Source: Paracoccaceae bacterium (GTDB lineage Bacteria > Pseudomonadota > Alphaproteobacteria > Rhodobacterales > Rhodobacteraceae). From it: a stretch of DNA of 64,000 bases. Positions 49,628-60,249 of this stretch are shown here, piece after piece. The position numbers and the translations under genes are program-made. The notes under the pieces are model-generated. The model saw only the letters and a list, made by a program, of their open reading frames with translations. It was not told where the DNA came from and did no database searches. Within the stretch, counting starts at the first letter, position 1; each line of letters opens with the position of its first letter. The DNA lies in contig CBDATC010000001.1 of assembly GCA_965199765.1 (NCBI GenBank), positions 58,937-122,936 of the forward strand. The letters run 5' to 3'.

Positions 49628-49910
49628 GTTATCCTTGCGACATCGTGGTTCAATGCAGCAATCACTGCAAGTCTTGTCTTTCCGCAGAACTCTTAATCAA
49701 CCGGGGGCATCACATAGGATAAGCCGGACCGAGAACGGTTGCGACGGACATCGCCGGATGTCCCGTCTGTTGGGAACCAATCTGCGCGAGAATTGAACTG
49801 CGCACATGGAAATTGAAGGCCGTTGAATTTTGAACTTTAGGTTTGAAATCGGTATGGAACGTTCGGTCGTGCGCAAATTTTTCAGGACACCGCTGTAAGG
49901 AAAATCTAAT

Positions 49911-51725
49911 ATGGAATTGGATCACCGAATTGCCCAGATAACTGAGCGTATACGACATCGCAGCAAGCAAACTCGAGCAAAGTATCTCGCACGCATTTCC
50001 GACGCCGCCGCTTCTGGCCCGGTGCGCGGACACCTTTCCTGCAGTAATCAGGCACACGCCTATGCCGCCATGTCCGGTGACAAAATCTCCCTGGCAAGCG
50101 GGCAAGCTCCAAATCTTGGAATCGTAACCGCGTACAACGACATGTTGTCGGCTCATCAGCCGTTCGAATCTTATCCCGAGCAGATCAAGCAGACCGCTCG
50201 GTCTGTCGGAGCAACAGCGCAGGTCGCCGGTGGCGTGCCCGCGATGTGCGATGGCGTGACACAAGGCCAGCCGGGCATGGAACTTTCTCTCTTTTCCAGA
50301 GATGTGATCGCATTGGCCGCTGGAGTTGCCTTGAGTCACAACACGTTCGATGCAGCGGTCTATCTCGGAGTATGCGATAAAATTGTTCCGGGCCTCATCA
50401 TCGCAGCATTGAATTTTGGACATTTGCCGACGGTCTTTATTCCAGCCGGTCCTATGACTTCGGGTCTGCCGAATGACAAGAAGGCTAAAATCCGTCAGAA
50501 ATTCGCCACGGGAGAGATCAGTCGAAGCGAATTGATGCAAGCCGAGATGGATGCTTATCATGGACCGGGCACCTGCACATTCTATGGAACAGCCAATAGC
50601 AATCAAATGCTGATGGAATTCATGGGACTGCATCTGCCGGGAGCCTCGTTCATCAACCCTGGAACTCCGCTACGAAAGGCGCTGACGGCAGCAGCCGCAA
50701 AACGCGCATTGGAAATAACGGCACTGGGCAACGACTTCAGACCTGTTGGCGAGTTGCTGGATGAACGAACTTTTGTGAACGGAATCGTTGGTTTGATGGC
50801 CACCGGAGGATCAACCAATCTTGTGCTTCACCTCACCGCAATGGCCGGTGCTGCCGGTATTCAATTGGCTGCGAGCGACTTCGCTGAAATTTCCGAAGCG
50901 GTTCCGCTGTTAGCCAAAGTTTACCCTAATGGTCTCGCCGATGTGAATCACTTTCATGCGGCAGGCGGGCTAGCGTTTCTAATCGGCGAACTTTTGGATA
51001 CCGGATTGCTTCATGACGATGTCAGAACTGTGGTTGGTGACGGTCTGTCCCGCTATGCGATCGAACCCCGCTTAAGCGACGGTTGTCTGGTCTGGGAAAA
51101 CAAAGTCGACCAATCCGAGAATGAGCAGATATTGCGGCCTGTCTCAAACCCGTTCGCTGCAACCGGAGGGTTAAAGAGACTCGGCGGTAATCTCGGCCAA
51201 GGCATCATGAAAATCTCGGCAGTTAAAGATGAACACACCGTGATTGAAGCACCGGCTCGAGTGTTTTCCTGCCAAGATGAAGTTAAAGGGGCTTTCTCGA
51301 AGGGCGAGCTAAACATGGATTGCATTGTGGTTGTTCGCAATCAAGGACCAAAGGCCAACGGAATGCCGGAACTGCATGGGCTGACGCCGATGCTCTCGGT
51401 CCTCCTGGACCGTGGCTATAAGGTTGGAATGGTGACCGACGGGCGCATGTCAGGCGCATCCGGCAAAGTGCCCGCAGCTATCCATGTGAGCCCCGAAGCG
51501 GCTTCCGGCGGTCCACTTGCAAAGGTCGAAGATGGCGATTTAATTCTCTTGGATGGACGAAACGGCCGCATTGAAGCTGTCAATGTCGATCTTGCCGCTC
51601 GGCAAAAGGAAATGCTCGCCCAACCGACCGGAGACCTGACCACCGGTCAGCCGATGTTCGAGCTCTTCCGGCGAAATGTTGGCGATGCCGACCATGGCGC
51701 GTCAGTGCTCATTCAGGGAAGTTAA
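49911..51725 (+). CDS. edd: phosphogluconate dehydratase
   Basis: 604 aa of the IlvD/Edd family ([27 protein letters not shown]), immediately followed by eda. Confidence 0.93.
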   Translation: MELDHRIAQITERIRHRSKQTRAKYLARISDAAASGPVRGHLSCSNQAHAYAAMSGDKISLASGQAPNLGIVTAYNDMLSAHQPFESYPEQIKQTARSVGATAQVAGGVPAMCDGVTQGQPGMELSLFSRDVIALAAGVALSHNTFDAAVYLGVCDKIVPGLIIAALNFGHLPTVFIPAGPMTSGLPNDKKAKIRQKFATGEISRSELMQAEMDAYHGPGTCTFYGTANSNQMLMEFMGLHLPGASFINPGTPLRKALTAAAAKRALEITALGNDFRPVGELLDERTFVNGIVGLMATGGSTNLVLHLTAMAGAAGIQLAASDFAEISEAVPLLAKVYPNGLADVNHFHAAGGLAFLIGELLDTGLLHDDVRTVVGDGLSRYAIEPRLSDGCLVWENKVDQSENEQILRPVSNPFAATGGLKRLGGNLGQGIMKISAVKDEHTVIEAPARVFSCQDEVKGAFSKGELNMDCIVVVRNQGPKANGMPELHGLTPMLSVLLDRGYKVGMVTDGRMSGASGKVPAAIHVSPEAASGGPLAKVEDGDLILLDGRNGRIEAVNVDLAARQKEMLAQPTGDLTTGQPMFELFRRNVGDADHGASVLIQGS

Positions 51726-51727
51726 GA

Positions 51728-52375
51728 ATGACCCCAAATCAAGCCAGCGACTGGTTGCTGACCGCTTGCGCGTCGACCGCCATAATACCGGTATTGACTG
51801 TTAACCGCAGCGAATGGGCGCAGCCGCTTGCCAACGCTCTGGTCGCAGGCGGTCTCAATGTTTTGGAAGTTACACTTAGAACCGAATGCGCACTTGATGC
51901 GATTCGAGAGATGACGGAGGTTAATGGCTGTATCGTTGGCGCAGGAACACTTCTGACCCCCGATCACGCCGCGGATGCCAAAGCTGCCGGCGCAGCCTTT
52001 GGTGTCTCTCCTGGTTCAACAGCGGAACTGATTGATGCCTGCGCGGAAATTGAACTTCCACTTTTGCCGGGAGCAGCGACCGCTACAGAAATTATGCAAC
52101 TTCTTAAATCCGGGTTTTCGTTCTTGAAGTTTTTTCCTGCCGAGCCCTCTGGCGGAGTCTCAGCGCTCAAAGCGTTTGCCGGACCGCTGCCGCAAGCCCG
52201 TTTCTGTCCGACTGGAGGAATCTGTCATGCCAACGCGTCCAGCTATCTTCGGCAAAAGTCCGTCGTTTGCGTCGGCGGCAGCTGGGTTGCCGACAACGCA
52301 CTTATCAGCGCAGGTCAATGGAGCCGGATCACCGCGGAAGCTGCAGCCGCTGCGAAACTGCGCTCAACTGTATAA
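51728..52375 (+). CDS. eda: 2-dehydro-3-deoxy-phosphogluconate (KDPG) aldolase
   Basis: 215 aa. LEVTLRT, GAGT, PGAATATE, FLKFFPAE and CPTGGI. Confidence 0.92.
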   Translation: MTPNQASDWLLTACASTAIIPVLTVNRSEWAQPLANALVAGGLNVLEVTLRTECALDAIREMTEVNGCIVGAGTLLTPDHAADAKAAGAAFGVSPGSTAELIDACAEIELPLLPGAATATEIMQLLKSGFSFLKFFPAEPSGGVSALKAFAGPLPQARFCPTGGICHANASSYLRQKSVVCVGGSWVADNALISAGQWSRITAEAAAAAKLRSTV

Positions 52376-53452
52376 GAGCGACCTGCCATTCGCGAATAAG
52401 TGAACTTTGGACGCCGAAGCGGTCAGCATAACATTCTTGCCGGCAAGCATTGAATGGATTCCTGGGATCTTGGCTACCGTAGCGTCATCCTCTGTCGATG
52501 TCGTCTTAAAATAAAGCAATGTCACTTCACCTAACGCCTCGCAGATTGCGACCTGCCCTGTAAATATCGGCTGCTCTTTGGTTAAAACAAAATCTTCGGG
52601 TCGGACACCGACCCGGACATCCTGACCCTTGGCGCTTGGCTTTGTCGGCACGGCAGAAACAGCCACACCGCCGCTGTCGAGCGATACTGTGGTCTTCTCG
52701 CCGGTCTCGATAATCTTTCCTTCAAATAGGTTCATCGCGGGCGAGCCGATAAATCGAGCAACGAATTCGTTTTCGGGTCGTTCATAGAGCTCAAGCGGCG
52801 GTCCGACCTGTTCAATGTTTCCCCCATGCAGCACAACGATTCTTGTTGCCAAAGTCATGGCTTCCACTTGGTCATGCGTCACATAGATCATCGTCGAATC
52901 GGGCATGCTCTGTTTCAACTGCGCGATTTCTATCCGTGTTGCGACCCGCAGCGCAGCATCCAAATTGGAAAGCGGTTCGTCGAAAAGGAACACCTTTGGA
53001 TCTCGAACAATGGCTCGGCCGATCGCAACCCGCTGTCGCTGACCTCCTGACAATGCTTTCGGCAAGCGATCAAGATAGCTGTCCAGCTGCAGTTTTCGTG
53101 CGGCATCAGTTACCGCTTCTTCAATCTCGAACTTGCTCCTTTTGGCGATCTGCAGCGCAAACGACATGTTTTCGCGCACTGTCATATGCGGGTACAAAGC
53201 ATAGGACTGAAAGACCATCGCCACACCTCGCTGCGCGGGAGGAACGTCGTTGACAAGCTGACCATCGATCCAAAGATCTCCTCCGGATATTTTTTCCAAC
53301 CCTGCGATCATGCGCAGCAGTGTTGATTTTCCGCATCCAGAGGGACCAACGAAAACAATCAGTTCGCCTTGATCGATTTCAAGATTGATATCGTGGAGCA
53401 CCTCGATATCGCCGTATCTTTTGCAGACTTTTTTGAGTTCTAGCTCAGCCAT
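52364..53452 (-). CDS. aglK: sugar ABC transporter ATP-binding protein (MalK/UgpC type)
   Basis: 362 aa. GPSGCGKST, LSGGQRQRVAIGRA and LFDEPLSNLD. It is the last gene of an aglEFGAK-like operon; the symbol is assigned by synteny with S. meliloti. Confidence 0.9.
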   Translation of the reverse strand: MAELELKKVCKRYGDIEVLHDINLEIDQGELIVFVGPSGCGKSTLLRMIAGLEKISGGDLWIDGQLVNDVPPAQRGVAMVFQSYALYPHMTVRENMSFALQIAKRSKFEIEEAVTDAARKLQLDSYLDRLPKALSGGQRQRVAIGRAIVRDPKVFLFDEPLSNLDAALRVATRIEIAQLKQSMPDSTMIYVTHDQVEAMTLATRIVVLHGGNIEQVGPPLELYERPENEFVARFIGSPAMNLFEGKIIETGEKTTVSLDSGGVAVSAVPTKPSAKGQDVRVGVRPEDFVLTKEQPIFTGQVAICEALGEVTLLYFKTTSTEDDATVAKIPGIHSMLAGKNVMLTASASKVHLFANGRSLLYS

Positions 53453-53460
53453 TTTTCCGT

Positions 53461-55113
53461 CTATTCGTTATGCGCCAAAAATACCGACCAGTCGCCAATT
53501 CGAATCCGATTCTCGTCATCAAATTCACCGAAGCCAGACACAGGTGTCCAACTGCCGGGCGGCTGGTCGAGTGTTTGCACGCCGGTCCCTAAATTAAATG
53601 CACAATAGAAGTCGGTCCGTTGGTTAACCCGCCTAAAAGACAAAACCTGTCCATGCGCTCTTAAGTCCTGCAGCTCACCCGAACGAAGAACCGGCCAATC
53701 CCGGCGCAGCGCAAGAATCCGTCGGTAACTCCGCAGCAGCGAGTCCGAGTCTGTCTCCTGCGCGGAAACCGACAGTGTGCGGTGTGCATCGGGGATCGGC
53801 AGCCACGGTTCAACATCTGAAAATCCACAATTTTTGAGTCCGGAATCCCAAACCATTGGAGTTCGGCAGCCGTCCCGCCCGGGAAAGCGAGGCCAAAACC
53901 GCACGCCATACGGGTCACGAATGTCGGCATGCTCCAGTTCGGCTTCCGGCAAACCCAATTCTTCGCCTTGGAAAATACAAGCCGTTCCCCGAAGACACAT
54001 CAATAGTGTTAGCACTGTTGACTGAGCCGCCTTGGACAATCCCCATCGTGTTGTGTGACGAACAACATCATGATTTGAAAAGGACCAGGTCGGCCAGCTG
54101 TCGGGAGCATCGCACAAAAATAGCGACACGACTTCAAACACGCGCTTCGCTGTAATCGAGTTTCCGCAAAGCAGGTCGAATGCATAGCAGCTATGCATCA
54201 GAGAATCACCGTGCGTATATTCTCCCATGATTTCCAATCCGCGCTGCGCTTCGCCGACCTCTCCGATCATCATGCGCGCATCATAACTATCCAAAAGCCT
54301 TCGCAGTGATCTGAGAAATTCAAGATTTTCCGGCTGATTCTTATCATAGAGATGACGTTGAAAATTATACGGGTTGACTGAGGGCGCGATGTCATCTCTT
54401 CGCTCTTCGGGAGGTAACGGCGGGTTTGAACGCAGCTGTCTGTCGCAGAAATAGAAGTTGACCGTATCAAGTCGAAACCCGTCGACTCCACGCTCAAGCC
54501 AAAATCTGAACACCTCCAAAACCGCTTCTTGAACCTCTGGATTGTGGAAATTCAGATCAGGCTGTGAAATCAAGAAATTATGGAGGTAGTATTGTCCACG
54601 CACACCTTCCCATTCCCATGCGCAGCCGCCAAAAACCGAAAGCCAATTGTTCGGCGGTGTGCCGTCAGAATTTGGATCAGCCCACACATACCAATCCGCT
54701 TTCGAATTGCTCTTGGATGATCGGCTTTCGACAAACCATTCGTGATCTTCGGCGGTATGGCTCAACACGAGGTCAATCAATACCTTGATCCCAAGTTCAT
54801 GTGCCTTTGCCAAGAGCTCATCGAACGTCTCCAGCGATCCGAACAAGGGATCCACATCGCGGTAATCTGAAACATCATAGCCGAAATCGGCCATCGGGGA
54901 TCTAAAGAATGGTGAAATCCAAACCGCATCAACGTTCAGAGCCTGAATATAAGGAAGACGCTCGATGATTCCGCGAAGATCACCCACTCCATCCCCATCG
55001 CTGTCCTGAAATGATCTCGGATAAATCTGATAAATCACCCCGCCGCGCCACCATGCGGCGGTCTCGGTTTGAGAACATTGCAATGCCGACTGAACTCCTG
55101 CTATCTGATCCAT
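53461..55113 (-). CDS. aglA: alpha-glucosidase, GH13 (oligo-1,6-glucosidase/sucrose-trehalose hydrolase type)
   Basis: 550 aa. WWRGGVIYQIYPRSFQDS, DAVWISPFF, GFRLDTVN, EVGE and SNHD conserved GH13 regions. Confidence 0.92.
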   Translation of the reverse strand: MDQIAGVQSALQCSQTETAAWWRGGVIYQIYPRSFQDSDGDGVGDLRGIIERLPYIQALNVDAVWISPFFRSPMADFGYDVSDYRDVDPLFGSLETFDELLAKAHELGIKVLIDLVLSHTAEDHEWFVESRSSKSNSKADWYVWADPNSDGTPPNNWLSVFGGCAWEWEGVRGQYYLHNFLISQPDLNFHNPEVQEAVLEVFRFWLERGVDGFRLDTVNFYFCDRQLRSNPPLPPEERRDDIAPSVNPYNFQRHLYDKNQPENLEFLRSLRRLLDSYDARMMIGEVGEAQRGLEIMGEYTHGDSLMHSCYAFDLLCGNSITAKRVFEVVSLFLCDAPDSWPTWSFSNHDVVRHTTRWGLSKAAQSTVLTLLMCLRGTACIFQGEELGLPEAELEHADIRDPYGVRFWPRFPGRDGCRTPMVWDSGLKNCGFSDVEPWLPIPDAHRTLSVSAQETDSDSLLRSYRRILALRRDWPVLRSGELQDLRAHGQVLSFRRVNQRTDFYCAFNLGTGVQTLDQPPGSWTPVSGFGEFDDENRIRIGDWSVFLAHNE

Positions 55114-55119
55114 CCGCCA

Positions 55120-56259
55120 TCAGCCTCCTTTGACAGAGCCAGCGAGCAAGCCTCTGACAAGATATTTCTGCATGGCGAAGAATACGACGAGCGGAACAAC
55201 AATTGAGACAAACGCCGAGGCGGCGAGTATTTCCCAATCTCCTCCCCTCGAACCCAGTAATTCACGCAGCCTACCGGTCATGACCAGCTGTTGTTCGTTG
55301 TTGCCAAGAAAGATCGTCGCCACCAGCAGGTCATTCCAGACCCAAAGAAATTGAAAGATGGCAAAGCTTGCGAGAGCAGGAAACGACAGCGGAAGCACAA
55401 TGCGCCGAAAAATCTGGAAATCGGTTGCTCCGTCGATACGGGCCGATTCAATAACTTCGCGCGGCAAGCCGGCGATGTAGTTTCTCAACAAATAAATCGC
55501 CAACGGTAAACCAAACCCGGTGTGGGCCAACCAAATCCCAATGTAGTCCTTACCTATGCCTATACTGTTGTGAAATCTCAGCAGCGGAATGAGCGCGAGC
55601 TGCAGCGGCACAACAAGCAATCCGACGACCAGAGCGATCAAAATGGCCCGCCCCGGAAATTGCATCCAAGCCAAGGCGTAAGCAGCGAACGCGGCAACCA
55701 GAATCGGAATGACCGTCGCAGGAATCGTCACAGAAAAAGTATTGAGGAACGATCGACCGATCCCCTCGGCGAAAATCACTGTGTTGTAATTTTCGAACGT
55801 AAAGCGCGGCGGCTCAATTGTCGTTACAAAAATGCGAACCCCACGACTGCCGCTGTGCGGCTCCGGAGAAGTGATACGATAATCGCCGTTTTCCAGCACG
55901 GTCATCGTGCGGTCTTTGGTCATTGGCGCTGTGTCGCCGGGCGAAAATGCAGCCGGATCGCGAGAACTAACGCCAAAGGCGATGATCTCGCCGTCATCAA
56001 GCTCGCTAGCCAGATTACCCGCAATTACAAATAAACCGTCGTCCTCAATCTGCGTTTCCGGAAGAGCTGAACGCACAAAACCGCTTTGTTCAGAAGTGAA
56101 CAGGGCCTGCCACCATCCACTGGTGACAATCTGGTCGCGGTCTCTGAAAGATGAAACCAAAAGTCCCAATGTTGGAATGACCCAAAGCAGCACCAAGGCG
56201 GCTGCCGAGAGATTGACTGCCCAAACCAGACGTGCGCGCGTGCCTGCGATATTGTCCAT
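55120..56259 (-). CDS. aglG: carbohydrate ABC transporter permease
   Basis: 379 aa with a MalG-type C-terminal core and EAA loop (ESARIDGATDFQIFRRIVLP). Confidence 0.88.
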   Translation of the reverse strand: MDNIAGTRARLVWAVNLSAAALVLLWVIPTLGLLVSSFRDRDQIVTSGWWQALFTSEQSGFVRSALPETQIEDDGLFVIAGNLASELDDGEIIAFGVSSRDPAAFSPGDTAPMTKDRTMTVLENGDYRITSPEPHSGSRGVRIFVTTIEPPRFTFENYNTVIFAEGIGRSFLNTFSVTIPATVIPILVAAFAAYALAWMQFPGRAILIALVVGLLVVPLQLALIPLLRFHNSIGIGKDYIGIWLAHTGFGLPLAIYLLRNYIAGLPREVIESARIDGATDFQIFRRIVLPLSFPALASFAIFQFLWVWNDLLVATIFLGNNEQQLVMTGRLRELLGSRGGDWEILAASAFVSIVVPLVVFFAMQKYLVRGLLAGSVKGG

Positions 56260-56271
56260 TAGATGCTCCCT

Positions 56272-57264
56272 TCAGAGCGCTTCTCTGCGCGCATTTCGGA
56301 TGTTCCAAATCATGATCGGAGTCACCATCACCATTATGACCAATGCGATCGCCGAAGCCCGGCCTGCATCGTTAGCGCGAAACATCCAATCGAACATCAG
56401 ATTTGCCAGAACCTGGCTGCCCCACTGCCCGTTGGTCATGGCCAAAACAATGTCAAAGACTTTCAGCACCAGAATTGTTATGGTCGTCCAAACCACAGCG
56501 ATGGTTCCCCAGATTTGCGGAACTTTAATCCGATAAAACACCTGCAGCGGTGATGCGCCGTCCAAAATTGCGGCTTCAATGGTTTCTTCAGGTATGCCTC
56601 TCAGGGCAGCCGACAATATGACCATTGCAAAACCGGTCTGAATCCAGATCAGGACCGCCATAAGAAGAAAATTGTTCCACAAGATAAGCGTGAGCCACGG
56701 TTGAGGCTTCACTCCGAACAGACCGACCAGTTCATTCAGCAACCCGATTTCGGTCGTGCCTTCACCACGGTAGTCATAGATGAATTTCCAGATCACGGCC
56801 GCACCGATGAATGAAATCGCCATCGGCATGAAAATCATGGATTTCGCAAAATTGCCCCAAGAAATTCTGTCGGTGACGGCAGCAGCGATCAGACCAAACA
56901 GTGTTGAAAGAGTCGGAACGACGATTAGCCAGAGAATGTTGTTGCGCAGCGATTCTTGAAATTTTTCGTCGCCGATCATCCAGAAATAGTTGTCAAGACC
57001 GATAAATTGGTCACCAGAAGCGTCATGCAGCGACAGCCAAATTGAATTGAATACCGGATAGACCAGGTAAAGACTTAACAGAATGATTGCCGGTCCGAGA
57101 AAGAGCCAAGGCCGAATAGCCGACGTTCGGTTGATATTCCGGCCTGCCTGCGGGCCACGCGGCGGAAAGATTGTGTCCAGCGCTAAATTTGAAAAATAAA
57201 AGTATGCGACACAGCCGAAGACACCGACAATAATCGTCACGATCGCCAACAGAACCTGTTCCAT
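56272..57264 (-). CDS. aglF: carbohydrate ABC transporter permease
   Basis: 330 aa, MalF-type, with EAA loop (EAAILDGASPLQVFYRIKVP). Confidence 0.88.
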   Translation of the reverse strand: MEQVLLAIVTIIVGVFGCVAYFYFSNLALDTIFPPRGPQAGRNINRTSAIRPWLFLGPAIILLSLYLVYPVFNSIWLSLHDASGDQFIGLDNYFWMIGDEKFQESLRNNILWLIVVPTLSTLFGLIAAAVTDRISWGNFAKSMIFMPMAISFIGAAVIWKFIYDYRGEGTTEIGLLNELVGLFGVKPQPWLTLILWNNFLLMAVLIWIQTGFAMVILSAALRGIPEETIEAAILDGASPLQVFYRIKVPQIWGTIAVVWTTITILVLKVFDIVLAMTNGQWGSQVLANLMFDWMFRANDAGRASAIALVIMVMVTPIMIWNIRNARREAL

Positions 57265-57291
57265 ATCAGTGCCTTCCTTATGAATGAGGTT

Positions 57292-57313
57292 GCTGGCCTG
57301 CGCTCAGGCCAGC
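57292..57313 (-). promoter_or_regulatory. intercistronic stem-loop after the SBP gene aglE (9-bp stem GCTGGCCTG/CAGGCCAGC, 4-nt loop)
   Basis: Read from the sequence, 14 nt downstream of the aglE stop codon. No U-tract. Confidence 0.55.
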
Positions 57314-57326
57314 AGCATTGGTTCGT

Positions 57327-58673
57327 TTAGAGCGTATTCCAAACCTCTTCGATTTCAGCCGTCACATCCGCAGCGCTCTTGCCGGATGAAAAGTCGACCA
57401 TACCGGTCCAGAATGCGCCAGCTCCGATCGCTCCGGGCATGAGGTCTGAGCCATCGAAGCGGAATGTCGTGGCATTCAGCAGAATTTCGTTCATGGCACG
57501 GACCGTTGGATCGGTGTAAACGTCTGTGTTCACTCCGAGATGCGGTGTCAGGAAGCCCGTCTGCGCCATCCAGATTTCATGCGCCAACGGCAGTTTAAGA
57601 AAATCGATGAACGCCCTCGCCGCCGGAGAATCGCCGGTAATTGCAAACAGCGTTCCCGCACCGAGAATTGGACGTCCTAGATCCTTGCCGGCAAATGCTG
57701 GAAAATAGAAGAAATCTGCATCGACACCCACTTCCACACCATCGGGGAAGAACGAAGGAATAAACGATGCTTGACGGTGCATGTAGCATTGCGGCGGCGA
57801 GGCAAACAGGCCGGCCGGACTGTCACGGAAATCAGTCGATGCCACCGCGCTGGCGCCTCCGGCAACATAGTCGTCGTTCAGCGCAAACATGCCGTAAGTT
57901 TCGAGCGCGTTAATGACCGCGGGATCGTTGAATGGAATGTTATGAGCAACCCAATCATCATAAACTTCCGGGGTCTGGGTGCGAAGCATGATGTCCTCTA
58001 CCCAGTCAGTGGCAGGCCATCCTGTGGCGCCGCCGGAACCGATGCCAAGGCACCAGGGCGTTTCGCCGTCGGCAACCATTTGATCGGACAATTCGAGCAA
58101 CTCTTCCATGGATTCTGGAACTTCGTACCCTGCATCCTCGAAATTTTCCGGCACGTACCAGACAAGCGACTTCACATCGACTTTGTAAAAGAAGCCATAG
58201 AGTTCCTTCTCGTTATAGGGACCGGTAAATCTGCCAAGATCAACCCAAGAACTTCCGGCAGCATAGTTGTTTCTGATCCACTCAGCGGTATCTTCGCCCA
58301 AATTGGCAAGAAATCCTTTGGATGCCAAATCGGCTGCTAGACCAGGCTGCGGAAACACCGCGATATTGGGCGGCGAACCCGCTTCGGCATCAATCACAAT
58401 CTGTTGCTCGAAACTGTCGGAGCCCGAATACTCAACTTTTACTCCGGTCGCCGCACTAAAATAAACAAGGACGCTTTCGACCAAGGCCTTGTCGGGTCCG
58501 AGCCAAGGTCCGAGAATGGTCAAAGTTTGACCTTCCAGCTCGCCATTTGAAAGTTCGTCAAAACCGTCCCAGGTGAATCTTTCATCGCCTATTTCAACCA
58601 TCATGTCTTGCGCCAAGGCAGGACTGACGGCTAACGCGCCCGTCACGGCGCAGCTTATCATTAGTCGTTTCAT
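57327..58673 (-). CDS. aglE: carbohydrate ABC transporter substrate-binding protein (family 1)
   Basis: 448 aa with the signal peptide MKRLMISCAVTGALAVSPALA. First gene of the agl-like operon. Confidence 0.88.
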   Translation of the reverse strand: MKRLMISCAVTGALAVSPALAQDMMVEIGDERFTWDGFDELSNGELEGQTLTILGPWLGPDKALVESVLVYFSAATGVKVEYSGSDSFEQQIVIDAEAGSPPNIAVFPQPGLAADLASKGFLANLGEDTAEWIRNNYAAGSSWVDLGRFTGPYNEKELYGFFYKVDVKSLVWYVPENFEDAGYEVPESMEELLELSDQMVADGETPWCLGIGSGGATGWPATDWVEDIMLRTQTPEVYDDWVAHNIPFNDPAVINALETYGMFALNDDYVAGGASAVASTDFRDSPAGLFASPPQCYMHRQASFIPSFFPDGVEVGVDADFFYFPAFAGKDLGRPILGAGTLFAITGDSPAARAFIDFLKLPLAHEIWMAQTGFLTPHLGVNTDVYTDPTVRAMNEILLNATTFRFDGSDLMPGAIGAGAFWTGMVDFSSGKSAADVTAEIEEVWNTL

Positions 58674-58695
58674 TGCTTTCCTCTCACCTTCTTGA

Positions 58696-58735
58696 TTGGA
58701 TAAAGTCCCACTTGATAATTATCCAAAGCGCTTTG
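58696..58735. promoter_or_regulatory. candidate AglR operator(s): perfect 12-bp palindrome CAAAGCGCTTTG (58724-58735), overlapping the inverted repeat TTGGATAA-N15-TTATCCAA (58696-58726)
   Basis: Read from the sequence in the divergent aglE/aglR promoter region. The CG-centred AANCGNTT core is typical of LacI-family operators. Confidence 0.55.
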
Positions 58736-58805
58736 AATGACTGTGACACTTTTCATTATAATCACAACTGTTTATATTAACAAATTAATTTAAGCAACCG
58801 GAAAA

Positions 58806-59834
58806 ATGAACCTTAAAGATCTTTCTGTGATTCTCGAACTTTCTCAAACGACGGTCAGCCGTGCGTTGAATGGATATCCAGAAGTCAACGAAGTCACACG
58901 GCAGCGGGTCGTGGAAGCAGCGCGTCTGCACGGCTACATGCCGAACACTCATGCCACGAGACTAGCCACGGGCGTCGCGAAAGCCATCGCGCATGTGATC
59001 CCTGTATCCAACCAAAAAACGTTGATGGATCCCATTTTCACCGACTTCATCGCCGGTGCATTCGAGATTTATGAACGCGAAGGTTACGAAATGACCTTGT
59101 CAATCGTGAGTGATGAAACGATCAAAGAAAAATGCAGACGGCTTTTTGCTGCAGGAACATGCGACGGAATCATCGTCAGCGGTCCACGCGTCGGTGACCA
59201 ACGGATACGCTTCCTGAATAGAATCGGCATTCCGTTCTTGGTTCATGGACGATCCTCAATGTTGAACGAAGAATACAGCTGGATGGACATTAATAATTTC
59301 AGCGCCTTTCAAACGGCCACTGAGCACTTGCTTCTGTTAGGACACCGCCGCATTGCCCTGCTTAACGGGTCGACGGTCATGGACTTTGCCTATCGCCGTC
59401 TCCGCGGTTACAGCGCCGCCTTGCACAGCCGCGGCATCGAAGTTGATCCAACAATCATCAAGTCTGATGAAATGATTGAACCATTCGGCTTTCTCGCCAC
59501 CAAGTCGCTGATGCGCGGCCCGAACCCGCCCACCGCTCTGCTGACCTCATCGACATTGATTGCCACCGGAGCATGGCGAGCTTTGCAGGAACTGCAGTTG
59601 AAACCGGGAAAGGATGTCTCCATCGTCACGCATGATGACGAGCTCGGATATTTTGGAAATGCCAAGGATCAACCCCTGTTTACCGCTGTGCACTCCTCGA
59701 TAAGGAAAGCCGGTCGACGTTGCGCCGAAATGATTCTCTCCCTGATTAGGAACCCCCGCCAGCAACCGATTACAGAACTCTGGGAAGTTGATTTCGTCGA
59801 GGGGCCGTCCACAGGGACCGGTCCCTATGCCTGA
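58806..59834 (+). CDS. aglR: LacI family transcriptional regulator
   Basis: 342 aa. MNLKDLSVILELSQTTVSRALNG HTH plus a sugar-binding domain, divergent from aglE. Confidence 0.88.
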   Translation: MNLKDLSVILELSQTTVSRALNGYPEVNEVTRQRVVEAARLHGYMPNTHATRLATGVAKAIAHVIPVSNQKTLMDPIFTDFIAGAFEIYEREGYEMTLSIVSDETIKEKCRRLFAAGTCDGIIVSGPRVGDQRIRFLNRIGIPFLVHGRSSMLNEEYSWMDINNFSAFQTATEHLLLLGHRRIALLNGSTVMDFAYRRLRGYSAALHSRGIEVDPTIIKSDEMIEPFGFLATKSLMRGPNPPTALLTSSTLIATGAWRALQELQLKPGKDVSIVTHDDELGYFGNAKDQPLFTAVHSSIRKAGRRCAEMILSLIRNPRQQPITELWEVDFVEGPSTGTGPYA

Positions 59835-60249
59835 TCACAGCGGGACTTCGTGATTGAAGACGGAAACTCGTCCAGAACCGACTGAGCAATGGCGAATTTT
59901 CCCGCTCGACAATGATTTCATCACTATCCGAACAAGCGGGGCATATCCGAGCCAATCGAATGGGTAGCGGCTGCTCGTCAAGAAAACCAAGGTTTGACGG
60001 CCCGGTTCTTAAAGACTCCTCAATTCAGACATCCGCTGCCTCGTCATTTTTGCATAGTCTTTCACCGGTCCTCTCGAAAAGCGCCGCCCGGAGCTGTGTG
60101 CAAAGCCGAAGAGATTTCATACCCCGTCAAGCAGCGCGCCTAACGAAGATGATCTTGATTTTCCGCTGTTTTGCTTTGATAAATGCTTCAGAGGAACTTG
60201 ACTTATTGGGCAAGCGGAAACAACCTTGGATTCTTCGCCAATGAATGGG

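Noticed and set aside
49710-50633. 307-aa ORF antisense to edd.
   Set aside because: It lies entirely within, and opposite to, a gene with unmistakable Edd/IlvD motifs. The translation is Arg/Cys/His-rich with no motifs, which is a typical shadow frame.
59912-60244. 110-aa ORF in the 390-bp aglR to beta-glucosidase spacer.
   Set aside because: Ser/Arg-rich low-complexity translation with no RBS. The region is more likely a promoter and regulatory region for the GH1-glk pair.
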